From positions 1,487,356-1,551,355 of the forward strand of contig CBDCXF010000001.1 in assembly GCA_965223755.1 (NCBI GenBank): DNA of 64,000 nt. Reading direction: 5' to 3'. The DNA is from Candidatus Multivoradales bacterium. Its GTDB lineage: Bacteria; Acidobacteriota; Thermoanaerobaculia; Multivoradales; JAHEKO01. Position 1 is the first letter of the stretch; each line of letters begins with the position of its first letter. The translations under genes and the position numbers were made by a program. The notes beneath the pieces were generated by a model that did not search any database, was not told the DNA's origin, and was given only the letters and a program-made list of their open reading frames with translations. Below, piece after piece: positions 20,153-30,703 of this stretch.

Positions 20153-21490
20153 GTGTTTCGACCTCGTTTCTTCGTCATCCTTGGAGTGGCGACGCTTGCG
20201 GTTGCCGCCGGAGTCGTAGCTCCATTGCTGCTCCACGCGGGGCTGGCGCTCAACGCTATCGCCTTCCTGTTGTTGGGTTTGGACTGGTTCCTGGCGCGCC
20301 GCATTCGCATCCACGCCGACCGTAGATGGCCGCCTTTGCTCGCGCAAGGGACTCCATCCCAACTCCTTGTCACGGTGCTATCAAGCCGCGGTCGGCTGAC
20401 TCGTTTGCAGCTCAGAGAGGAGTTGTGCTCCGCCATCGCCATCCTTCCGACCCGACTCTCGCTTGTCCTGGAACCGCGAAAAGCCAGCAAGTGGCACATC
20501 GATCTCGTGCCGAGCATCCGAGGCGATCACCAAACCGGGGCTCTCGTGGCTCGTGTCGAAGGACCACTAGGCATCGCAGCGCACCAGCGTGTTCTCATCG
20601 AGCCTGAAACCGTGAGTGTTTACCCTCGCATTCGCTGGGGCGGCAAGTTGGGTGTGTTGCTTGCGCAAGCGGCCCGCCATCAAATCGGAGCCAATGAGAT
20701 CGGCAAGCAGGGTCTCGGAGGAGACTTCTATGCGCTTCGCCATCACGTCGCCAGTGACGGGTTGCGGCCAATTCACTGGCGGGCATCCGCCCGACACCAG
20801 CGCCTGTTGACGCGCGAGACGACCCACCAGTCGGGAGCCCACGTCTTAATCTTGCTGGATCGCTCGCGGACGATGCTCGGGCACGAACGCGAGTTTTCCA
20901 AACTCGACTACTCTCTGGCTGCTTGCTTGGCACTGGCCAGAGTGGCATCGGGTCGCGGTGACCGAGTCACACTGCTCCCTTTCGCCGACCGTCCCGACGC
21001 TCCCGTGCCGTTCGGCAACCATTCACAGCAATGGTCAAAGGCATTTGGCCGCCTTTACGGCATCACCGCATCTCGCGTTGAACCCAACTTTGACGTCCTG
21101 GCGGAACGGGCGTTACGAGTGGCCCAGCCTGGCGCGACGACCGTACTGATGACCTCCATCACCGACCTAACTACCACAGATTTGCTGCGCCGCGCGGTGT
21201 CTCAGCTGAATCGGCGCCACCAACTCTTGGTGATCAATCTTGAGGATGCGGATCTCAGGAAGCTGGCTTCGGCTCGGCCTGACGAATCAGTTGAGGTCTT
21301 TGCACAGGTTGCCGCGCTCGGTATTCAATTGCAGAACCGCGCCCTCGGAGTGACGATGAGTCGATCGGGGGTCCGTATGGTGAGCTGCTCCGCGGACACC
21401 CTGGCGATGGGCACCGTTTCGGCATACTTGGAGGCGGCAGCGGGAATCCCGGCGCAACGAGCGAGGGCGACCGTCACTGCCTCGGCGTAG
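20153..21490 (+). CDS. DUF58 domain protein (vWA-like C-terminus)
   Basis: G.DFYALRHH..SD..RPIHWRASAR; LLDRSRTM; KLDYSLAA. Confidence 0.9.
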   Translation: MFRPRFFVILGVATLAVAAGVVAPLLLHAGLALNAIAFLLLGLDWFLARRIRIHADRRWPPLLAQGTPSQLLVTVLSSRGRLTRLQLREELCSAIAILPTRLSLVLEPRKASKWHIDLVPSIRGDHQTGALVARVEGPLGIAAHQRVLIEPETVSVYPRIRWGGKLGVLLAQAARHQIGANEIGKQGLGGDFYALRHHVASDGLRPIHWRASARHQRLLTRETTHQSGAHVLILLDRSRTMLGHEREFSKLDYSLAACLALARVASGRGDRVTLLPFADRPDAPVPFGNHSQQWSKAFGRLYGITASRVEPNFDVLAERALRVAQPGATTVLMTSITDLTTTDLLRRAVSQLNRRHQLLVINLEDADLRKLASARPDESVEVFAQVAALGIQLQNRALGVTMSRSGVRMVSCSADTLAMGTVSAYLEAAAGIPAQRARATVTASA

Positions 21491-21499
21491 AATCTCGAA

Positions 21500-22015
21500 A
21501 TGGATACGACCCCGGCAATCGACCTCAGTGCGATTCGTCGTCCCCATCCCAACCTCCTCAAGTACTACATCTTGTTGTCGCTGATTGCGGGGCCGTTTTT
21601 CTTTGTCCTTCTCGTGCCGCTGTTCTTCAAGTACCACACCTTGCACTACTCCTTCGACGAAGAAGGCGTGACCATGGGCTGGGGGAAGTTGTTTCGGCGC
21701 GAGGTGCGGCTCAACTATGCGCGCCTGCAGGACATTCACCTCGCCAGCAACGTCGTCGAACGCTGGTTTGGCCTCGCTCGCGTGCAGTTGCAGACCGCCA
21801 GTGGCTCGGCCAAGCCGGAGATGACCTTGGAGGGTATCCAGGAGTACGAGTTGGTGCGGGACTTTCTCTACCGCAAGATGCACGGGGACGAGCCGGACCG
21901 ACCCGAGAGGGGTGAGTTATCGACTGCGGAATCCCATGACCTGGCCGGCGTATTGAACCAAGTGGCCGACGAACTGGCGGCGATCCGCAAGCTTCTGGCT
22001 GGCGACCAAGGCTGA
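21500..22015 (+). CDS. Bacterial PH domain (bPH_2/YdbS-like) membrane protein
   Basis: One TM, then Y.FDEEGV...G.LFR, LQDIHL..NVVERWFGLA.V.LQTASG. Confidence 0.85.
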   Translation: MDTTPAIDLSAIRRPHPNLLKYYILLSLIAGPFFFVLLVPLFFKYHTLHYSFDEEGVTMGWGKLFRREVRLNYARLQDIHLASNVVERWFGLARVQLQTASGSAKPEMTLEGIQEYELVRDFLYRKMHGDEPDRPERGELSTAESHDLAGVLNQVADELAAIRKLLAGDQG

Positions 22016-22821
22016 TGAGCAAGACACTGCGGCGGTATTTGCTCGCTTTCCTGCGCATCTCCGAGCGACCCGATCCGCCCGAAGGATCCGAGCAATCGAT
22101 CTCGATGTTCCGGGCCTCGACCAAGTACTTCTGGTACTCCGCCTTGAGCTGGGCTCTCAGGCAGGCCGGGCTGTTGTTCGGTTTGTTGATCCCTCTCGGC
22201 ATCATCGATCGAATTGTGAACGTGCAAATCGGTGGCATCACGGCAATCCCTGAAACAGTGGCTGGAATCCCGTTTAAGGTTGTTGAGGGCCTGGTTGGGA
22301 TTTCGGCAGATCGACTCATTCTCTGGGCTCAAGTGCTTGCTTTCACCGCGTTCGTCATTCAGTTCGTAACCAGTGGCCTGTTCCTGCGCCTGGCCTGGGA
22401 AATGCGTTGGTACATCGTCACCGACAAAGCAATCCGCATCCGCGAAGGACTTTTTCGAGTCAATGAGCAGACCCTGACCATCGCCAAGATCCAAAACCTG
22501 CGCATCCACCAGGGGCCACTGCAACGCCTGTTCGGCATTGCCGACCTGGAAGTTCAGACCGCAGGCGGCGGAGGCGGATCCAGCAGTAAGAGCGATGATG
22601 AACACAAGGCTCGCCTAGGCCGCTTTCGCGGCATTGAAGGTGTCGAAAGTTTGCGCAATCGGTTGCGCGCCTTGCAGGTCCAACACGGTGACACCGGCTT
22701 GGGTGAACGACCCGCGCGCCGAACTCGGAGCACCGCCGCCAATGGTTCCCGCGCCGCGGCCGAGAAGCTGCTGCAGGAAGCGCGGCTATTGCGCCAGAGC
22801 CTCTCCGAGCAATCGGTTTAG
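22015..22821 (+). CDS. Bacterial PH domain (bPH_2) membrane protein
   Basis: Two TMs; RWYIVTDKAIRIREG, IQNLRIHQGPLQRLFGIADLEVQTAGG. Confidence 0.85.
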   Translation: MSKTLRRYLLAFLRISERPDPPEGSEQSISMFRASTKYFWYSALSWALRQAGLLFGLLIPLGIIDRIVNVQIGGITAIPETVAGIPFKVVEGLVGISADRLILWAQVLAFTAFVIQFVTSGLFLRLAWEMRWYIVTDKAIRIREGLFRVNEQTLTIAKIQNLRIHQGPLQRLFGIADLEVQTAGGGGGSSSKSDDEHKARLGRFRGIEGVESLRNRLRALQVQHGDTGLGERPARRTRSTAANGSRAAAEKLLQEARLLRQSLSEQSV

Positions 22822-22870
22822 ACGCAATCCGCGTCACCACGGTTACGAACCGCCAATCTCGACTGTCTTG

Positions 22871-22923
22871 TCCGAGCAACACGAGGCCTTTCCCGAACAT
22901 CGACTCTGCGGGAGTTGCTCGGA
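22871..22923. terminator. Hairpin between convergent genes, possible bidirectional terminator
   Basis: TCCGAGCAAC (22871-22880) pairs with GTTGCTCGGA (22914-22923); inner TCCCG/CGGGA. Confidence 0.45.
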
Positions 22924-22931
22924 GGCGGGGA

Positions 22932-23507
22932 CTACTTGACCGCGTCTTCCAACTCGTCGGCGATCGCTTCCAACTGCTCGCGGGTTTTGCCGTCGAAGTC
23001 GCGACAGGCGACATCGCAAAACCCGGCCGCGAGTTGGACCTGGTCGGCACCCGCCATCACCTGGTCACCGATCTCAAACAGAATATTGTCTTCCTTGTAG
23101 ATGTGTTGGGTGAGGAGCTGCAAATAGCTGCTTGCAGCCTCGCAGAATTCGTCCTGAGCTGCCTTGCCTTCGTCGGCGTCAAAGCCATCGAGTGCCGCAG
23201 CCATCCGCGCGACCAAACTACGGCCGATTCTGTGCTCCTCGAGCATCACTCCGATGGGCCCACCCTCGCGGGGCACTCCGCGCCGTTCTAACACCGGAAA
23301 CAGCAGGTCCTCTTCTTTGGCGTGATGGCAGGCATCGGCGTAGAGGCGGAAGAACTCCACGCCCTGGGCCAGCAACGAGGTACGCGGTGGCGCCCCACGC
23401 TCCATCTCTCTGACGAGCTTTTCAAGCACCACGAGCATTCTCTTGATGACGCGATGTTCGGCCTTGAGTTCTGCGGTGGGACTGGGCTGAGTGGCGGTTG
23501 AAGTCAT
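22932..23507 (-). CDS. Single-domain hemerythrin (HHE) protein
   Basis: EHRVI, CHHAKEEDLLFP, EHRIGR, QHIYKEDNILF di-iron ligand pattern; RBS AGGGGA. Confidence 0.9.
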   Translation of the reverse strand: MTSTATQPSPTAELKAEHRVIKRMLVVLEKLVREMERGAPPRTSLLAQGVEFFRLYADACHHAKEEDLLFPVLERRGVPREGGPIGVMLEEHRIGRSLVARMAAALDGFDADEGKAAQDEFCEAASSYLQLLTQHIYKEDNILFEIGDQVMAGADQVQLAAGFCDVACRDFDGKTREQLEAIADELEDAVK

Positions 23508-23530
23508 TGGTTCCCCTGCCTTGAATCTTG

Positions 23531-23560
23531 TTGACGAACGAACGTTCGTTAAAATACCAT
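23531..23560 (+). promoter_or_regulatory. Sigma70-like promoter with a perfect 14-bp operator palindrome in its spacer
   Basis: TTGACG (23531-23536), N18, TACCAT (23555-23560); AACGAACGTTCGTT at 23537-23550; the predicted start site coincides with ATG 23567 (leaderless). Confidence 0.7.
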
Positions 23561-23566
23561 ATCCAC

Positions 23567-24280
23567 ATGGTTGAATCGCATAAACGCAACCGCGAGCGGC
23601 AACGGATCCTGGCGGCCGCGGCCAGTTTCATCGCCACCGAGGGCTACCACGGCATGACCATGCGGGGATTGGCCAAAGAAACCGGACGCAGTCTGGCATC
23701 TGCCTACAACTACTTCTCTTCCAAAGAGGAGATTCTGTTCGCGCTGCAAAAAGAGGCGTTTCAACAACTGATCTCAACCACCGAGTCTTCGCTTGAGGGG
23801 GTCGAGTCGGCCAACAGCCAGCTCAGCATCTTGATCCTCAACCACCTCACTTACTTCTCGCAGAACACCGACGTCATGCGCGTGCTGGTGCACGAAGCCG
23901 GATCGCTTCCCGCGGAGGGGCGCGATCAGATTCGAGCCCTCAAGACCCGCTACTTCGATCTAGCAAGTCAAGTGACTTCGGAAGTCATTCGGCAAGGCTG
24001 CGGGCACGTCGGCGCCGTCGGCAAACCCGCCAGCAAGGTTGAAGTGGAGCGGCTGACTTACTGCCTCTTCGGCATGCTCAATTGGATCTACGGTTGGTAC
24101 CAGCCCAAGCGCCATGGCGATCTCCCGGAACTGGCTCGCACCATCCACCGGCTCTTCTTGTGCGGAGCGGTTACCCACTGTCCCGAACAAGAAGCGGCGA
24201 CTGAAGTCGACTTGACCAAGACTCCCATGTTGCCTCCGTTGCTCGGTATTGGCGCGGATGCTCTGGGCAAGGGCGACTGA
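23567..24280 (+). CDS. TetR family regulator heading the benzoyl-CoA operon
   Basis: HTH MTMRGLAKETGRSLASAYNYFSSKEEILF; C-terminal LFGMLNWIYGWYQP as in CoA-ester-sensing TetRs. Confidence 0.9.
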   Translation: MVESHKRNRERQRILAAAASFIATEGYHGMTMRGLAKETGRSLASAYNYFSSKEEILFALQKEAFQQLISTTESSLEGVESANSQLSILILNHLTYFSQNTDVMRVLVHEAGSLPAEGRDQIRALKTRYFDLASQVTSEVIRQGCGHVGAVGKPASKVEVERLTYCLFGMLNWIYGWYQPKRHGDLPELARTIHRLFLCGAVTHCPEQEAATEVDLTKTPMLPPLLGIGADALGKGD

Positions 24281-25330
24281 ATGACCACCGAGCAAATGTT
24301 CTCCTGGCAAATGACCGAACCCGGTCAACCACTGGTCTTGAACCGCCGCCCGCTGCCGACGCCTACAGCCGACGAGGTCCTTCTCCAGGTTCGGGCTTGC
24401 GGCCTATGCCACACCGATGTCGCCTTCCTCTATGGCGGTGTGCGCCCTAACGCCGAGCTTCCTTTAACTCTCGGCCACGAAATCGTCGGCACGGTCGTCG
24501 CCACCGGAGTGAAGCACACAGACATGATGGGCCGCGACTACGTGGTGCCGGCGGTATTGCCCTGCGGAAACTGCGACCTGTGCGCCGCAGGCCGGGGCAA
24601 CGTCTGCAGATCGCAGAAGATGCCGGGCAACGACTTCGACGGCGGCTTCGCCTCCCATTTCCTGACTCCCGCCCGTTTCCTCTGCCCCTTACCCCAAGAC
24701 GCCGGTTCGATCGAGGACTACTCGGTGGTTGCCGACGCGGTGTCCACCGCCTACCAGGCAGTGGTGCGCGCCGAAGTCGGGCCGGACGACATGGTCATCG
24801 TGGTCGGTGCGGGAGGAGTCGGCACCTTTGCCGCTCAGGCCGCCAAACACCTGGCCGCTCATGTGGTCGCAATCGATATCGACGACGCGCGGCTCGAAGC
24901 CGTGGGCTCCTCTCTCGACCTGGCGATCAACAGCGCCGAAACGGACGCGCGTGAAATTCGGACCGCGGTGACCGGCTACGAGCGCCAGCACGGTCTCCCC
25001 TCACACCGTCGCAAGATTTTGGAGTGTTCGGGCAGCGCCGCAGGTCAACAGACCGCGTGGTCCCTTCTCGCGCACAATGCCACGCTGATGGTGGTCGGTT
25101 TCACCATCGAGAAGACCCCGCTCCGCCTTTCCAACCTGATGGCATTTGACGCCACCGCTCAGGGCAACTGGGGATGTCTGCCGGAGCACTACCCAGCAAT
25201 TCTCGATCTCGTAGCGCAGGGCGCGATTCAACTCGACCCCTTTGTAGAACGGCATCCGATGAGCTCTTTGAACGATCTGCTGCGCCAGGAGCACCACACC
25301 CGCCGTCCAGTCCTTATCCCGGATTCTTAA
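24281..25330 (+). CDS. had: 6-hydroxycyclohex-1-ene-1-carbonyl-CoA dehydrogenase
   Basis: Zn-MDR motifs CHTD, GHE, C..C..C, QKMPGND..GGFASH; LSNLMAFDATAQGNWGC; operon context. Confidence 0.9.
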   Translation: MTTEQMFSWQMTEPGQPLVLNRRPLPTPTADEVLLQVRACGLCHTDVAFLYGGVRPNAELPLTLGHEIVGTVVATGVKHTDMMGRDYVVPAVLPCGNCDLCAAGRGNVCRSQKMPGNDFDGGFASHFLTPARFLCPLPQDAGSIEDYSVVADAVSTAYQAVVRAEVGPDDMVIVVGAGGVGTFAAQAAKHLAAHVVAIDIDDARLEAVGSSLDLAINSAETDAREIRTAVTGYERQHGLPSHRRKILECSGSAAGQQTAWSLLAHNATLMVVGFTIEKTPLRLSNLMAFDATAQGNWGCLPEHYPAILDLVAQGAIQLDPFVERHPMSSLNDLLRQEHHTRRPVLIPDS

Positions 25331-25369
25331 TCGACTCTTCGAACACCCAGAAAGCAAAAACCAAGAGCA

Positions 25370-26479
25370 ATGAGCAGCCTAAAGAATCACGAACTTCTAT
25401 CCAACGTCGAGTTTTCCAGTATCCACTACGAGCATCGTCCACTGATCGATGCGAATGGCGCCCCAGTACCGGATCTATTCAACGCCTGGATCATCTTCGA
25501 CAACCCCAGCCAGCTCAATTCCTACACCACCGCCATGGTCAAGGAGACCATCCTTGCCTTCCGCAGGGCGTCTGCCGCGAGGGATGTCGTCTGTGTCGTG
25601 TTCACCGCGGTCGGAGAGCGAGCTTTTTGCACCGGTGGCAATACCGCCGAATACGCCGAGTACTACTCCGGGCGGCCGCAGGAGTACCGCCAGTACATGC
25701 GCCTGTTCAACGACATGGTGACGGCGATCCTGGAGTGCGACAAGCCGGTCATCAACCGCGTCAACGGCATGCGTGTCGCCGGCGGCCAGGAGATCGGCAT
25801 GGCCTGTGATTTCACCATCGCCGCCGACACCGCCGTCTTCGGCCAAGCCGGCCCCAAGCACGGCTCGGCTCCCGACGGAGGGTCGACCGACTTTCTGCCC
25901 GGGTACGTCGGCTTTGCCAAGGCGATGGAGTCCTGCACTCTGTGCGAACTGTGGAGCGCCCACGAAGCGTTACGCCTGGGGCTCGTGAACGCCATCGAGC
26001 CGGTGTTGGTCGAAAACGGTGAATTCATCGCCAATCCGCGGGTGGTGACCGACCGTTGGCTCGACGCTTTCGGCCAAATTGTCTACGGCTCGTTTCTGCA
26101 AGGTGACGAACTCGCCGCCGCCAAGGTGCGGACAAACGCTTGTGAAATCGATTTCTCTCGCCTCGATGCAGCCGTCGAACAACTGGCCTGGAAGCTGGCT
26201 CTGACCCTGCCGGATTGCACCACCAAGACCGTCGAGTCGGTGCGCAAGCACAAACTCCAGCATTGGCACCGCAACCGGGAGAGCAACCGCGCCTGGCTGG
26301 CACTCAATATGGCGACCGAAGCCAAGGCGGGGTTCCCCGCTTTTCATTACGGCGAACGCGGGCGCCGTGAAGTGGACTTCCTGGACGCCCGTCGCCGCAT
26401 CGCCCGCGGCGAGGCATGGGACGACGATCTCATCGCCGCCATTTCGCCCCACCGAAGCAAGGACAAGGACGCCTCATGA
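25370..26479 (+). CDS. oah: 6-oxocyclohex-1-ene-1-carbonyl-CoA hydrolase (ring opening)
   Basis: NAWII.DNPSQLNSYTT, FCTGGNTAEYAEYY, GQAGPKHGSAPDGGSTDFLP, NRESNRAWLALNM. Confidence 0.92.
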   Translation: MSSLKNHELLSNVEFSSIHYEHRPLIDANGAPVPDLFNAWIIFDNPSQLNSYTTAMVKETILAFRRASAARDVVCVVFTAVGERAFCTGGNTAEYAEYYSGRPQEYRQYMRLFNDMVTAILECDKPVINRVNGMRVAGGQEIGMACDFTIAADTAVFGQAGPKHGSAPDGGSTDFLPGYVGFAKAMESCTLCELWSAHEALRLGLVNAIEPVLVENGEFIANPRVVTDRWLDAFGQIVYGSFLQGDELAAAKVRTNACEIDFSRLDAAVEQLAWKLALTLPDCTTKTVESVRKHKLQHWHRNRESNRAWLALNMATEAKAGFPAFHYGERGRREVDFLDARRRIARGEAWDDDLIAAISPHRSKDKDAS

Positions 26480-27642
26480 GGGAACCGGTCTTTACGGAGT
26501 GGCAGGGCCGCGATCTAGACGAGGCTCTCGACCTCGCCACCGACTTAGTAGAGGACGCCGCATACCCCACCGTGCGCTCCTGGCGCGATCAGGGCGGGAA
26601 GGTGGTCGGTCATTTCCAGGTCTACTTTCCGGAGGAACTGGCCCACGCCGCCGGCATGCTGCCGGTCAAGATCCGCGGCAGCAACCTGCAGGCGACCCAA
26701 GCGGAATCGCGTTTCGGTTCCTACCTTTGTTCAATCCTCAAAACTTCGCTGGAACTCGCGCTCTCCGGCAACCTGGAACTGGATCTCTTCGTCAGCCACC
26801 CCATCTGCGACGCGGCGCGCAACCTAGCGGCCGTTTGGGGCCGCAATGTCGACTATCCAACGCAGATTCTTTACCTGCCGCAGAACGCCAACTCCGCCTA
26901 CGCTCCCACCTATCTGCGCGGCGAATATGACCGTCTGCTCGGCGAAATGGCCGAGATCGGCGGACGCGAGGTCAGCGACGAGGACCTCGCCGCGTCGATT
27001 CAAGTGTTCAATCGCAACCGCCAATTGCTACGCGAACTCTACGACATCAAGCGCGATCGTCCATGGTTGGTCTCCGCGGTCGAAGCCTACGTACTGGTGG
27101 CTCTTGCCGGCATCCTGCCGCGCGAGGAACACAACCAGTTCCTGGAGTGGGTGTTGCCGCAGCTTCACCGCCGCCAGCGCCGGCAGCAAGACCGCATCCG
27201 GGTGGTGTTCGAAGGCGGTTTCTGCGAACAGCCGCCCATCGATCTCATCCGCACCATCGGACGCTCCTGCTACGTGGTCGATGACGACCTCCTGATCGGA
27301 CTGCGCTGGATTCTCGAAGACATCGACGCCGGCGACGACCCTCTTGGCGCCCTCGCCACCGCCTACCTCGAACAGTCTTCGTACAGTCCGGTGCAGCACG
27401 ATCTGCGCAAGCTCAAGGAGAAGATGCTGCTGGAGCGGATCGCCCAGTCGAAAGCGGAGGCGGCGATCGTCACCGCCGCCAAGATGTGCGAGCCCGGACT
27501 GGAGGAGCAGGTCGCCTACACCCGCGCCCTGGACGAAGAGGGCGTCCCCTATTTCGTCAGCGAATTCCAAGAATCGATGTGGAGTTTCGAGCACCTGCAA
27601 CTGCAGCTTGAGACCTTTGTCGAGAACCTGATGTTCGCTTAA
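26476..27642 (+). CDS. bcrC: Class I benzoyl-CoA reductase subunit C (gamma)
   Basis: 2-hydroxyacyl-CoA dehydratase fold; PEELAHAAGMLP, SYLCSI, HPICDAARNL, KMCEPGL; ATGA overlap with oah. Confidence 0.85.
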   Translation: MREPVFTEWQGRDLDEALDLATDLVEDAAYPTVRSWRDQGGKVVGHFQVYFPEELAHAAGMLPVKIRGSNLQATQAESRFGSYLCSILKTSLELALSGNLELDLFVSHPICDAARNLAAVWGRNVDYPTQILYLPQNANSAYAPTYLRGEYDRLLGEMAEIGGREVSDEDLAASIQVFNRNRQLLRELYDIKRDRPWLVSAVEAYVLVALAGILPREEHNQFLEWVLPQLHRRQRRQQDRIRVVFEGGFCEQPPIDLIRTIGRSCYVVDDDLLIGLRWILEDIDAGDDPLGALATAYLEQSSYSPVQHDLRKLKEKMLLERIAQSKAEAAIVTAAKMCEPGLEEQVAYTRALDEEGVPYFVSEFQESMWSFEHLQLQLETFVENLMFA

Positions 27643-27655
27643 CCAATTCGAGAAG

Positions 27656-28993
27656 ATGACCATGAACCCAAGCTCAGAAACCACTTCTCCAGAGATTCTC
27701 GGCCGCGGCAACTCGGAGGGCGCCTTGCTGTTCAGCACTTGGTTCTCCGATCTCACCGAAACTGCCGACCAGGAGGGCTCCGCCGCCTACGTCTTCGTCA
27801 TGGGTAGCCTGGTCGAAATCCTGCGCAGCTTCGACCTACCGGTGGTCTTTCCCGAGATCAACTCTCTGCAGACCGCAGTACGCCACGTCGCCCATGAGTA
27901 TCTCGATGAAGCCGAAGACTACGGCTACTCCCCCGACATCTGTGGCTATGTCAAGGCCGATGTCGCAGTGCAACTGGGGGGTGGCAAGCACCCCGCGGGA
28001 AAAATTCCGCGGCCTTCGATCGCAGTGCTGACCAACGCCTGCAACACCTACATCAAGTGGGCGGAGATCTGGGAACGACTCTACGACACCCGAGTCTTCA
28101 CCCTCGATATCCCTGGCACCCGCGGCGCCGGCTCCCTGGCAACGCTAGGGTCCGTCGCAGGGGGCAGCGTCAGCCACGACAACGACCAGCGTTACGTCGA
28201 GGCTCAAATCCGCGAGCTCATCTCCACTTGCGAAGACATCACGGGTAAGCGCTTCGACATCGACCGCCTGCGCGAGGTCCTCGGACACTGCAATACGGTG
28301 TCCGCGTCCTGGAAACGCATCATCGATCTCAACCGCACCCAGCCGGCGGTATTCAACGCCCTCACCGACGGCACCATCTATCTTGGCGTCGCCAATGGCC
28401 TGCGTGGCACCCCTGAAGCGGCCAAGTATTTCGCCGACCTGGTCGAAGAAATGGAGCTCAAGGCCGCCGAGGGCATCGGCACGCTGGACGAGGAAACCTA
28501 CCGCCTGACCTTCGTCGGCGTGCCCTGCTACCCGATCTTTCGCCGCTTCAACGAAATGTTCAGTGACTGGGGCGGAGTGTTCGTCAACTCCACCTACCTT
28601 TGGTTTGCGTCGGGAGGCGGCAATCTGGGATTTCAGTACGACCTTGAGCGCCCCATCGAGAGCTTGGCCGAGGGCGTACTGCTGGCGACCCGCGATGCCA
28701 TGGACTCGATGTTCTTCAACGATCGCATCGTCGGCGCGATGATCGAAGACTTCGCCATCGACGGCGTCGTCTACCACCCGATCAAGAGCTGCCGCACCGT
28801 TTCCACTGGCCTCGCCGACGGGAGAAGAGTGCTGATGGAAGAGCACGACGTGGCCACCCTGTTTCTCGAATCCGACATGATGGACCGCCGGGTGATCTCC
28901 GAAGCACAGATGAAAAATCGCGTCGACGCCTTCTTCGAGGGCCTGCAGAGTCGACGGCTGCGCAGCGGCATGGCCGGCGCGGGAGGAAACTGA
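27656..28993 (+). CDS. bcrB: Class I benzoyl-CoA reductase subunit B (beta)
   Basis: [49 protein letters not shown]. Confidence 0.85.
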   Translation: MTMNPSSETTSPEILGRGNSEGALLFSTWFSDLTETADQEGSAAYVFVMGSLVEILRSFDLPVVFPEINSLQTAVRHVAHEYLDEAEDYGYSPDICGYVKADVAVQLGGGKHPAGKIPRPSIAVLTNACNTYIKWAEIWERLYDTRVFTLDIPGTRGAGSLATLGSVAGGSVSHDNDQRYVEAQIRELISTCEDITGKRFDIDRLREVLGHCNTVSASWKRIIDLNRTQPAVFNALTDGTIYLGVANGLRGTPEAAKYFADLVEEMELKAAEGIGTLDEETYRLTFVGVPCYPIFRRFNEMFSDWGGVFVNSTYLWFASGGGNLGFQYDLERPIESLAEGVLLATRDAMDSMFFNDRIVGAMIEDFAIDGVVYHPIKSCRTVSTGLADGRRVLMEEHDVATLFLESDMMDRRVISEAQMKNRVDAFFEGLQSRRLRSGMAGAGGN

Positions 28994-29826
28994 TGGCATA
29001 TGCAGCGGGAGTCGATGTCGGCTCCACCCAGACCAAAGCCGTAGTTCTCAACGAAGGCGAAGAAATCGTCGGCCGTTGCCTCATCGATACTGGGGCCAAT
29101 GTCGTCATCGCGGCGGAGAACGCTTTCGAGCAGGCGCTCCGCGATGCCGACATCCGCGAGACCGAAGTCGAGTTCGTCATCGGTACCGGTTACGGTCGCT
29201 ACCAAATCACCTTCGGCAACGATCAGGTCACCGAGATCTCGTGTCACGGACGCGGCGCCGTGCATATGTTTCCCGGCACCCGTACGGTGATCGACATGGG
29301 CGGCCAGGACACCAAGGCCATTCGCATCGGCAAAGAAGGCATGGTTGACGACTTTTGTATGAACGACAAATGCGCCGCCGGGACCGGGAGGTTTCTCGGT
29401 GCCGCTTCCACCGCTTTGGAGATTCCGCTCGAAGACCTGGGGCCGACCGCTCTGCAGGCGACCAAGGCGGTCCGTATCTCCACCACTTGCACCGTCTTCG
29501 CCGAGTCCGAGATCCTCTCTTGGCTCGGGCGTGGTAAGAAGATCGAAGACATCCTCAAGGGCGTCCACGATTCGATCGCTTCGCGTTCGCTGGGCCTGTT
29601 GCGCCGCGTCGGCATCGAACCCGAAGTCACCTTCACCGGCGGCGTCGCCAAGAACATCGGCATGATCGCGACCCTGGAAAAACAGTTGGGCTTCTCACTC
29701 AACGTCAGCGACGACTCGCACTTCATGGGAGCGCTGGGGGCGGCGCTGTTTGCCATGGACCGCATTCGCGCCGGACGACGGCCGGGACACCGACAAACCT
29801 CCAAACGACTCGCGGAGGCCTCATGA
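28993..29826 (+). CDS. bcrA: Benzoyl-CoA reductase ATPase subunit (BcrA/BzdQ-like, short form)
   Basis: ASKHA ATPase [24 protein letters not shown]; cluster Cys in NDKCAAG and [10 protein letters not shown]. Confidence 0.8.
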   Translation: MAYAAGVDVGSTQTKAVVLNEGEEIVGRCLIDTGANVVIAAENAFEQALRDADIRETEVEFVIGTGYGRYQITFGNDQVTEISCHGRGAVHMFPGTRTVIDMGGQDTKAIRIGKEGMVDDFCMNDKCAAGTGRFLGAASTALEIPLEDLGPTALQATKAVRISTTCTVFAESEILSWLGRGKKIEDILKGVHDSIASRSLGLLRRVGIEPEVTFTGGVAKNIGMIATLEKQLGFSLNVSDDSHFMGALGAALFAMDRIRAGRRPGHRQTSKRLAEAS

Positions 29827-30659
29827 CCTATACCGCTGGACTCGATGTCGGCTCGACCTACACCAAAGCGGTCATTCTCGACGGCGACGACGAGGTCGTC
29901 GCCAAGTCGATTGCCCGCACCGGTTTTCGCTTGCCGGAGGTGTCGCGGCGACTGTTCGATGAGTGCCTCGCCAACGCTGAACTTTCCGAGGAAGACGTCG
30001 GCTACGTCATCGCCACCGGTTTCGGGCGCCATCAGGTGCCCTTCCGCGACGCCCAAGTCACCGATCTGACCGCCACCGCTCGCGCGGCCTGCCTGCTGTT
30101 TCCCGGCACTCAGACCGTGCTCGACATCGGCGGCCAGACGATGAAAGCGTCGCGCCTGGATGACGCGGCCAAGGTCAAGTCCTTCCGCCTCAACGACAAG
30201 TGCGCCGCTGGGACCGGAGCCTTCATCGAGAAGACCGCCAAATACATGGGCTACTCCACCGAAGAGATCGGGCCATTGGCGGCGACCTCCAAGCAGCCAG
30301 CCTCGATTTCCGGAGTCTGCGCCGTCTTCGCCGAATCCGAGGTCATCAACCACCTCTCGCTCGGCCGACCGCCCGCCGACATCATGCTCGGCGCGATGGT
30401 TTCGCTCATCGGCCGTTCGGTACAGCTCATGAAGCGGGTACGCATGGAGCCCGAATACACCTTGGTAGGCGGAATCTTGCGCTTTGAATCTCTCGCCAGA
30501 GAGATTCGCGAGCAACTCGGCGAGAAGGTCAACGTACCCGGGGGCGATATGGTGCAGTTCGCCGCCGCGCTCGGCGCCGCCTACCTCGGCAAACAGCGCG
30601 TGGGGTTGCGCGCGCCGTTGCCGACGGGCGATTCAAACTCGCTCGCGGCCAGCGTCTGA
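29823..30659 (+). CDS. bcrD: Benzoyl-CoA reductase ATPase subunit (BcrD/BzdP-like)
   Basis: [35 protein letters not shown]; ATGA overlap. Confidence 0.8.
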   Translation: MTYTAGLDVGSTYTKAVILDGDDEVVAKSIARTGFRLPEVSRRLFDECLANAELSEEDVGYVIATGFGRHQVPFRDAQVTDLTATARAACLLFPGTQTVLDIGGQTMKASRLDDAAKVKSFRLNDKCAAGTGAFIEKTAKYMGYSTEEIGPLAATSKQPASISGVCAVFAESEVINHLSLGRPPADIMLGAMVSLIGRSVQLMKRVRMEPEYTLVGGILRFESLAREIREQLGEKVNVPGGDMVQFAAALGAAYLGKQRVGLRAPLPTGDSNSLAASV

Positions 30660-30703
30660 TCCAATACCGCCTGAGCCAAACCACCTGAGCCGAACTGAGC
30701 GCC

